Assembly (NCBI GenBank): GCA_038231135.1
Contig: JBBRLX010000018.1
Location: forward strand, 1-64,000
DNA: 64,000 nucleotides
Reading direction: 5' to 3'
Source: Candidatus Eiseniibacteriota bacterium
GTDB lineage: Bacteria > Eisenbacteria > RBG-16-71-46
Shown piece by piece: positions 57,991 to 64,000 of the stretch. Numbering within the stretch: the first letter of the stretch is position 1; each line of letters begins with the position of its first letter. A program made the translations under genes and the position numbers. A model generated the notes under the pieces. The model saw nothing but the letters and a program-made list of their open reading frames with translations. It had not been told where the DNA came from and made no database searches.

Positions 57991-58691
57991 ACGCCTCCCG
58001 CCCGGGTTGCGCGGCCCGGACGCGGCATGCCGGTGTCGCCGTTCACGAGCCTGCCGTCCTCGAGCGTGAGCACGCGGCCGCCGAGCGCCTGCGCCGCCGC
58101 GGGGTTCGTGGTGACGAGCAGCAGTGCGGCGCCTTCCGCGTGGATCGCCCGCAGCAGCGCCATCACCTCATCGGCGCTGCGCTTCTCGAGCGCCCCGGTG
58201 GGCTCGTCGGCGATCAGCACCGCTGGGCGGTTCACGATCGCCCGCGCGATCGCCACGCGCTGCTTCTCGCCACCCGACAGCTCGGACGGGTAGGCCGTGT
58301 GCTTGCCGGCGAGCCCGACCTCTTCGAGCGCGTGCGTCACGCGCGGCACCACGTCCTCGTTCGAGAACAGCCCCATGATGTGGACCGCGAGCGCCACGTT
58401 CTCGAACACCGTGCGGTCGCTCAGCAGCCGGAAGTCCTCGTACACGACGCCGATGGTCCGCCGCAGCAGGGCGCGCTGGGAGCGCGAGATCCGGCCGCTG
58501 CGGAACGTGCCCACCACGACGCTGCCCGAGGTTGGACGCGACTCGTGGGTGATGAGCCGGAGCAGCGAGGTCTTGCCGGCGCCGCTGTGGCCGAGGAACA
58601 CGACGCATTCCCCTTCGTCCATGTGCCACGACACGGAGTCGAGCGCCAGGCGCTCTCCGTAGCGCTTGGTGACCTGCTCGAACGTGATCAT
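57987..58691 (-). CDS. ftsE: Cell division ATP-binding protein FtsE
   Basis: MITFEQVTKRY, GHSGAGKT, DFRLL, LSGGEKQR, IADEPTG; upstream of ftsX. Confidence 0.9.
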   Translation of the reverse strand: MITFEQVTKRYGERLALDSVSWHMDEGECVVFLGHSGAGKTSLLRLITHESRPTSGSVVVGTFRSGRISRSQRALLRRTIGVVYEDFRLLSDRTVFENVALAVHIMGLFSNEDVVPRVTHALEEVGLAGKHTAYPSELSGGEKQRVAIARAIVNRPAVLIADEPTGALEKRSADEVMALLRAIHAEGAALLLVTTNPAAAQALGGRVLTLEDGRLVNGDTGMPRPGRATRAGGV

Positions 58692-58711
58692 GAGATTCGC
58701 ACCGTACCAGA

Positions 58712-58744
58712 CGGGCCGGCCGCCCTCAACGGACGGCCGGCCCG
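58712..58744. terminator. 11-bp GC hairpin between surA and ftsE
   Basis: CGGGCCGGCCG/CGGCCGGCCCG arms; no clear U-tract. Confidence 0.35.
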
Positions 58745-58768
58745 GCGGGCACGGCGCCGGCCCTCCGA

Positions 58769-60100
58769 TCAGGACTTGCGGATCTCGATGTGCGCCCTGT
58801 CGCGCAGCGTCTTGATCCAGCCGTCGTAGCGCTCGCGCTGCTGGAGCTCGGCAACCGCGTCCGGCAGCTCTTCCTTGATCTCCGACATCTCGTACTCGCG
58901 CTCGCCCTTGCGGTCCACGATCTTGAAGATGTTGAAGCCGGCCGCGTTCACCAGCACGTCGCTGACGTTGCCGATCTTCACCGAGTCGAGACCGGCGCGG
59001 ATCTGCGGCTGCAGCGTCGCAACCGAGATGAATCCGAGATCGCCGTCCTTGGCCGGGCCGTCGTACTTGCTGTAGCGCTTCACCAGTTCCGCGAAATCGA
59101 TACCTTTCACGGCCTGGGTGTGCACCCTCTCGGCCAGCTTCTTGGCGCGGTCCGCATCGGCCTCGGTGAGCTGGACACGCACCAGGATGTGGCGCGCGTG
59201 GACTTCGACCGGCGGGTTGCCATGGTCGTCGAGGCTGTCCTTGCCCGCGACGCTCTTGACCGTGTCACGCTCGAGCGCCTGGACGATGTGCCAGCCCGCA
59301 GACGAGCGCACGGGCCCGCTGATCTCGTTGTTCTTGAGCCCGAACACCACGGCTTCCAGCGGCGTGTCGAGCAGGCCGCGGTTCACGAACCCCAGGTCGC
59401 CGCCGTTCCTGGCGGTGGCGGGATCGTCGGACGCCTCGGCCGCCACCTTCGCGAACTTCTCGCCGTTCGACAGCCGCTTGCGGATCGCCAGCGCCTGCAC
59501 GCGCGCACGCGCATCGGTCACCGAGTCGGCCGACGGCGGAATCTGGATGACGCGCAGCTTGATCTCGGCCGGCACCTTCGGGAATTTCTCGTGGTTGATC
59601 TTGAAATACGCCTCGGCCTCCACCTGAGAGATGGTTTTCTTCGGCAGTGTCTTCGCCATCAGCTTGCGGCCGATGATCTGGCGCTGGATCTCGGCGCGGA
59701 ACTTCTCGCGCAGCTTGTCCTCGGTGGTGTTCTCCTTGATGAGCTGCTGGCGGAAGCCGTCGTCGCCGCCGAAGCGCTGCTTGATCTCCTTCATCGCGGT
59801 CTCGAGCTCCTTCGCCACCTCGGCATCGGTGGCCGTGAGCCCCTGCTTCTTGCCTTCGGCGAAGATGAGCTTCTCGTCGATCAGCTGGTTCAGGATCTGC
59901 GTGCGCAGCGTGTCGACCGTGTCCGAATCCGGCGTCGCCTGGGACCGCGCGAGCACCAGCCCGAGCTGTTCCTCCACGTCGCTCTCGAGCACCACGTCGT
60001 CGTTCACGACCGCGGCGATGCCATCCAGCCGCTCGGCCCGAGCGGAGACTGCGAATGCGCCCGCGATCAGCACGGGCACCAGCCATTTCAAGCGCTTCAA
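58769..60100 (-). CDS. surA: SurA-like parvulin PPIase/chaperone
   Basis: IAAVVNDDVVLESD, two rotamase domains (GGDLGF, HARHIL, GDLGF). Confidence 0.9.
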   Translation of the reverse strand: MKRLKWLVPVLIAGAFAVSARAERLDGIAAVVNDDVVLESDVEEQLGLVLARSQATPDSDTVDTLRTQILNQLIDEKLIFAEGKKQGLTATDAEVAKELETAMKEIKQRFGGDDGFRQQLIKENTTEDKLREKFRAEIQRQIIGRKLMAKTLPKKTISQVEAEAYFKINHEKFPKVPAEIKLRVIQIPPSADSVTDARARVQALAIRKRLSNGEKFAKVAAEASDDPATARNGGDLGFVNRGLLDTPLEAVVFGLKNNEISGPVRSSAGWHIVQALERDTVKSVAGKDSLDDHGNPPVEVHARHILVRVQLTEADADRAKKLAERVHTQAVKGIDFAELVKRYSKYDGPAKDGDLGFISVATLQPQIRAGLDSVKIGNVSDVLVNAAGFNIFKIVDRKGEREYEMSEIKEELPDAVAELQQRERYDGWIKTLRDRAHIEIRKS

Positions 60101-60448
60101 CGAAACCTCCCGAAGAGAGTGCGGCGCCCGCTTCCGCTGCGCCTGGTTGCCTCACCATGACGCCGGAGGAACGCCCTGCAAAACAGCGGGCCAGTATAGC
60201 CGCACCGGTGACGGTTGCGGCAACAAGACATGGCCAATTGTGACGGGGGAGTGTGACTCTGAAGATGATACGCCGGGGCCCCGGGATTCCTTCCATCGTG
60301 AGTTTCGACGCGGCCTTGCGACTGCCGGACAGTCGTTGCCGCCCTGAACCCCGCCGTTTGCCGCGCTCGTCCGAGGATTGCCGCGGCCGGGTGCCCTGAC
60401 AGAGGATAATCATCCGATGCGTTCCGGCGGGTCCTGGAGGTATGGGCG

Positions 60449-62608
60449 ATGAGCCTCGGGTTTGGCGGCAGGCGGTTGCTGGCGGTGGCGGCGGTGCTGG
60501 CCACGGTCGCGTTCGCCGTGCCCCGGTTCCTCACCCACAACCCCTACCAGCGGCTGGGCGTCTCGCTGAACTGGGTGCGCGGACAGGAATTCCCGCAGGT
60601 GGACCGGGTGATCGGGCCGCCGGCGGAATACCTGCTCGAAAAGGGCGACGAGATCCGCGGCATCGATGGTGTGCTGTTCTCGGGCTCCCGCGACATGCTC
60701 GAGTATCTCAAGCGCAACGGCTGGCCCAAGGGCCCGTTCACGCTCACCATCGATCGCACCCAGCGCACGTTCAACATCGTGGTGCCGCCCGTGCAGCTCG
60801 GTGCCTGGCAGCGCTTGCGCCTGTTCTTCTTCAACGTCGCGGCCATGATCGCGGCCCCGCTCGTGGCCTTCCTGCTGGTGTGGCGCCGGCCCGACCTGAG
60901 CGCGGCCTGGGTGTTCCTGTGGTTCGCGACCCTGCAGGGCCTGGGCGGCATCTGGGAAACCTACCAGTACCCGACGCTCGAGCCCACCGGCGCGTTCAAG
61001 GTCTACCTCGACGTCTACCGCGATCTGCTGCTGTGGTTCCCGGCGAGCTTCCTGCATTTCATGACCGTGTTCCCTCGCCCCCGCTGGCAGCCCGGCCGCC
61101 GCTGGCAGAGCTGGTGGTTCCGGCTGGTGGTGGCGGCAAACGTGGTGCCGGTGGTCATGATCGTCTACGGCCTCGCGCGGCATAAGGTCATGGACACCCC
61201 CTACGTGTGGTTCCAGTCGATCGCGCTGCCGCTGGGCGTGCTGTCGCTGGTCGGCAGCTACGCGCGCCCCGGCGACGGCCGGCGGCCGACGATGAGCGAA
61301 CGGGTGCTGGCGCTGGTGGTCGCGGGCGTGCTGATCCTCGCCACCGGGCTCGGCGCGGTGTCCGAGGACCCGCGGTTCATCGCGTTCTATTCCATGCCGC
61401 TCGCCCGCATCGCGATCACCGCCATCTTCGTGGCGTGGCTGGTGGCGCCGGTGCTGATCGCCTGGCTGATCGCCAACGACCCGGTGTTCGACCCGCGCCG
61501 GCTGCTGGTGCGGTCGCTGCCCTACGCGCTGCTGTCGGGCGTGCTGGCGGCGCTCTACCTGGGCTGCGCCCTGCTCGGCGAGCGACTGTTCGCCGCGGTC
61601 ACCGGCGAGCAGGCGATGCTGTTCAACGTGGTCGCTGCGCTGGTGGTGGCGTTCGCGTTCGCGCCGCTGCGGGAGCGGCTGCAGCGCTGGCTCGACCGGC
61701 TCTACGGCCGCGACCCGCACGCGCTGCGCCTGGCGCTCGACACCGCGGGGCGCGAATTGCTCGGGGCGCTCGACGAGGCCGAGGTGAAGCGCTCGGTCGA
61801 GCAGGGCCTCGAGACCGGCCTCCGGCATCCGGTGGCGATCGACTGGCCGGACCGCGGGGTGCCCCGCATCGCCGACGGCGAGGAGCTGCCCGAACACGCC
61901 CGCAGCGCCGTGGAGGCGCTGCTCGTCCAGGCCCGCATCCGGCTCGAAAACCTGGCGCTCCAGCAGGAGCGGGCGGCTCACGAGCGGCGGGAAGTGGAGC
62001 TGAGGGAGGCCGCGATCCGCGCGGAGTTGCGGGCGCTGCAGGCCCAGGTGCAGCCGCATTTTCTTTTCAACGCTTTGAACGCCCTGGCCTATCTCATCGA
62101 GACGGACGCCGGCGCGGCCCAGCGGTTCACCGAGCGGCTTGCCGACATGCTGCGCTACACCGTGGAAGCCGGCAGCCGGCCGGCGGCGCTGCTGTCGGAC
62201 GAGATCGCGTTCGTCGAGGACTACCTCGGGGTCGCGCGGGAGCGTTACGAGAATCCGATGGTGTTCGAATACCGCGGCACGCCGGACCTGCTGTCGCTGG
62301 CCGTGCCGCCGCTATTGCTGCAACCGCTCGTGGAGAACAGCCTCAAGCACGGCTGCCCGGCGGGAGAGACGCCGTTACACCTCGCGCTCGACGCCCGGAT
62401 GGACGGGCGCTGGCTCGACCTGACGTTCACCGACGACGGCTCCCTCAACGGCAACGGCGCCGTCGGGCTCGGCGTGGGACTCGAAAACCTGGAGCAGCGC
62501 CTGCGGCGGTTCGGCGGCGCGGACGCCACGGTGGTGGCCGGAGCACGGACGACGGGCGGATTCGAAGTACGCATGCGCTGGCGGCTGCGCGAGAGGATGG
62601 CAGCGTGA
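60449..62608 (+). CDS. LytS-type histidine kinase with PDZ-like and multi-TM sensor
   Basis: LEKGDEIRGIDG (PDZ-like), many TMs, AQVQPHFLFNALN, LQPLVEN, GVGLENL. Confidence 0.9.
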   Translation: MSLGFGGRRLLAVAAVLATVAFAVPRFLTHNPYQRLGVSLNWVRGQEFPQVDRVIGPPAEYLLEKGDEIRGIDGVLFSGSRDMLEYLKRNGWPKGPFTLTIDRTQRTFNIVVPPVQLGAWQRLRLFFFNVAAMIAAPLVAFLLVWRRPDLSAAWVFLWFATLQGLGGIWETYQYPTLEPTGAFKVYLDVYRDLLLWFPASFLHFMTVFPRPRWQPGRRWQSWWFRLVVAANVVPVVMIVYGLARHKVMDTPYVWFQSIALPLGVLSLVGSYARPGDGRRPTMSERVLALVVAGVLILATGLGAVSEDPRFIAFYSMPLARIAITAIFVAWLVAPVLIAWLIANDPVFDPRRLLVRSLPYALLSGVLAALYLGCALLGERLFAAVTGEQAMLFNVVAALVVAFAFAPLRERLQRWLDRLYGRDPHALRLALDTAGRELLGALDEAEVKRSVEQGLETGLRHPVAIDWPDRGVPRIADGEELPEHARSAVEALLVQARIRLENLALQQERAAHERREVELREAAIRAELRALQAQVQPHFLFNALNALAYLIETDAGAAQRFTERLADMLRYTVEAGSRPAALLSDEIAFVEDYLGVARERYENPMVFEYRGTPDLLSLAVPPLLLQPLVENSLKHGCPAGETPLHLALDARMDGRWLDLTFTDDGSLNGNGAVGLGVGLENLEQRLRRFGGADATVVAGARTTGGFEVRMRWRLRERMAA

Positions 62609-63387
62609 CGGTCGAGAACCCGGTGCGGGTGCTGATCGCGGACGACGAACCGCGCGCGCGCCAATTCCTGGAGAAATTGCTCGGTGAACACGACGACATC
62701 GAGGTGGTGGGAGCGGCACGCGGCGGACAGGAGGCGATCGAGCTCACCACGCGGCTCGCGCCCGACGTCACGTTCCTCGACATCCACATGCCGGATCTGT
62801 CCGGCCTCGAAGTGGCACGCTACATCGTGCGCGACCGCGTCGGACCGTTCCCGCACGTGGTGTTCGTCACCGCCTATGACCGCTATGCCGTCGAAGCGTT
62901 CGAGATCGCAGCACTCGATTACGTGCTCAAGCCGCTCAAGCGCGACCGGCTGGGCGAAACCGTGCGGCGCGTGGTGACGGAGGTGCGCAACGGGCGCCCG
63001 GCGGCGCACCTGCGGGCGCTGAAGACCGCGCTCGACACGCCCGAACTTCAAGATGCGATGCCGCCACTCAAGCGACTGCCGGTGCGGCACCGGCGCGAGG
63101 TGAAGCTGCTCGACCTCGACGAGGTGCCGATCGTGTTCTCGCGCGACCGGCTGGTGCTCGCCCGCGCCGAGGGCAAGGAATACCTGGTCGACTACACGCT
63201 GCAGGAACTCGAGACCCGGCTGCCGCGCGACCAGTTCGTGCGTGTGCATCGCGGAGCGCTCGTGAACCTCGAAGCCATCGAGTCCTATGGCGGCGAGGAC
63301 GGCGTGCTCGTGCTGCGCCTCAAGGACGGCACCCGCGTCGAAGCCAGCGAGCGCCGCGCCGCCGAAGTCAGGCGCCGGCTGCGCTGA
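62605..63387 (+). CDS. LytTR-family response regulator
   Basis: IADDEPRAR, FLDIHMP, FVTAYD, DYVLKP, FVRVHRG; GTGA coupling with the kinase. Confidence 0.95.
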   Translation: MTVENPVRVLIADDEPRARQFLEKLLGEHDDIEVVGAARGGQEAIELTTRLAPDVTFLDIHMPDLSGLEVARYIVRDRVGPFPHVVFVTAYDRYAVEAFEIAALDYVLKPLKRDRLGETVRRVVTEVRNGRPAAHLRALKTALDTPELQDAMPPLKRLPVRHRREVKLLDLDEVPIVFSRDRLVLARAEGKEYLVDYTLQELETRLPRDQFVRVHRGALVNLEAIESYGGEDGVLVLRLKDGTRVEASERRAAEVRRRLR

Positions 63388-63443
63388 CGGCGGAATTCAG
63401 ACGCGGCGGCGTGGACGGCCGTGCCCGTGCGATTCCCGCGCAA

Positions 63444-64000
63444 TCAGCCCTGCGGCATCCCCGGGACGATCTCGGGCGGCGGTAGCTGGACGCGTTTCAG
63501 CTCCGACTCGTGCACCGTGACCGGGTACTTGCGCTTCAACTGATCGGTGTAGACGCGCAGGATCGCGTCCCGCTGGCCCTCGACGACGAACGTGCGCAAC
63601 TGCTCCTTCACCTCGGGCGGGACCGACTCGTACGGCGGCGCGGTGGGACTTTGCACGCGGCGCAGGTATTCGGCGCGAAGATCGTCCTCGGTCACGTGAA
63701 GGCGGCTCGTCACCTGGGCTTCGAAGATCGATTGCAGCACCCTCGAATCCACGCGGTCCTGAATGGCGCGCTCGATGTCGGGCACCTCGTTCAGGTGCCG
63801 CCGGTGCGCCTCGATCACCACCAGGCGCTGCACCACGCGGGACTCGATCCAGCGCTGGATCGACGGCAGCGAGGAGAAGTTCGGGCGATCGGACTGGCTC
63901 TGGAGATCGCCGAGCGCGTCCGCCATCGTAAGGCGCGCCTCGCCCGCCGGCGTGTCGTAGCGGGCGAGCACGACGCCAGAGTCCTCCGCCTGGATCGCGG
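63444..64000 (-). CDS. C-terminal part of a PrsA/SurA-like foldase (truncated by the window edge)
   Basis: VTEDDLRAEY, LKRKYPVTVHE pattern; upstream of surA on the same strand. Confidence 0.55.
   Translation of the reverse strand, partial: AIQAEDSGVVLARYDTPAGEARLTMADALGDLQSQSDRPNFSSLPSIQRWIESRVVQRLVVIEAHRRHLNEVPDIERAIQDRVDSRVLQSIFEAQVTSRLHVTEDDLRAEYLRRVQSPTAPPYESVPPEVKEQLRTFVVEGQRDAILRVYTDQLKRKYPVTVHESELKRVQLPPPEIVPGMPQG

Overview
This is a very GC-rich bacterial chromosomal segment from a diderm (OmpA, AsmA, porin and SurA are present), with about 60 genes. The secreted proteins ending in '(S/T)WGxLKxR(Y/W)' and a T9SS/FlgD-like C-terminal domain suggest Ca. Eisenbacteria or a related FCB-adjacent lineage (inference). 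Layout: (1) 2.0-15.5 kb is a complete phosphate cluster (DUF47, pit, phoR, porin, pstSCAB, phoU) with two PhoB paralogues flanking a DinB-like gene, a degenerate CHAD gene and a small membrane protein, plus candidate Pho boxes. (2) 15.6-19.6 kb is an XRE/LexA-like regulator apparently lacking catalytic residues, ahead of a HlyD-ABC exporter and arfB. (3) 19.6-39.1 kb holds housekeeping and envelope genes (thiL, ogt, amidohydrolase, OmpA-TSP3, eda, asmA), a degenerate glucosidase/deacetylase pair, a Cys-rich secreted protein and a two-component system. (4) 39.1-64 kb is the conserved minus-strand backbone PPIase-surA-ftsEX-envC-holB-yaaT-metG-tatD-rsmA, repeatedly interrupted by accessory genes (LytS/LytTR, an Imm40-like gene, secreted beta-proteins, an ECF/anti-sigma/ABC module). 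I recognised no tRNA, rRNA, CRISPR array, transposase or integrase. The best leads are the shared WGxLK C-terminal motif (a candidate sorting signal), the accessory PhoB2/CHAD/DinB module, a recurring set of pseudo-enzymes, a long inverted-repeat element that supplies the ogt stop codon, and an Imm40-like gene with a probable CTG start. All family calls come from motif recognition by eye; no database searches were run.
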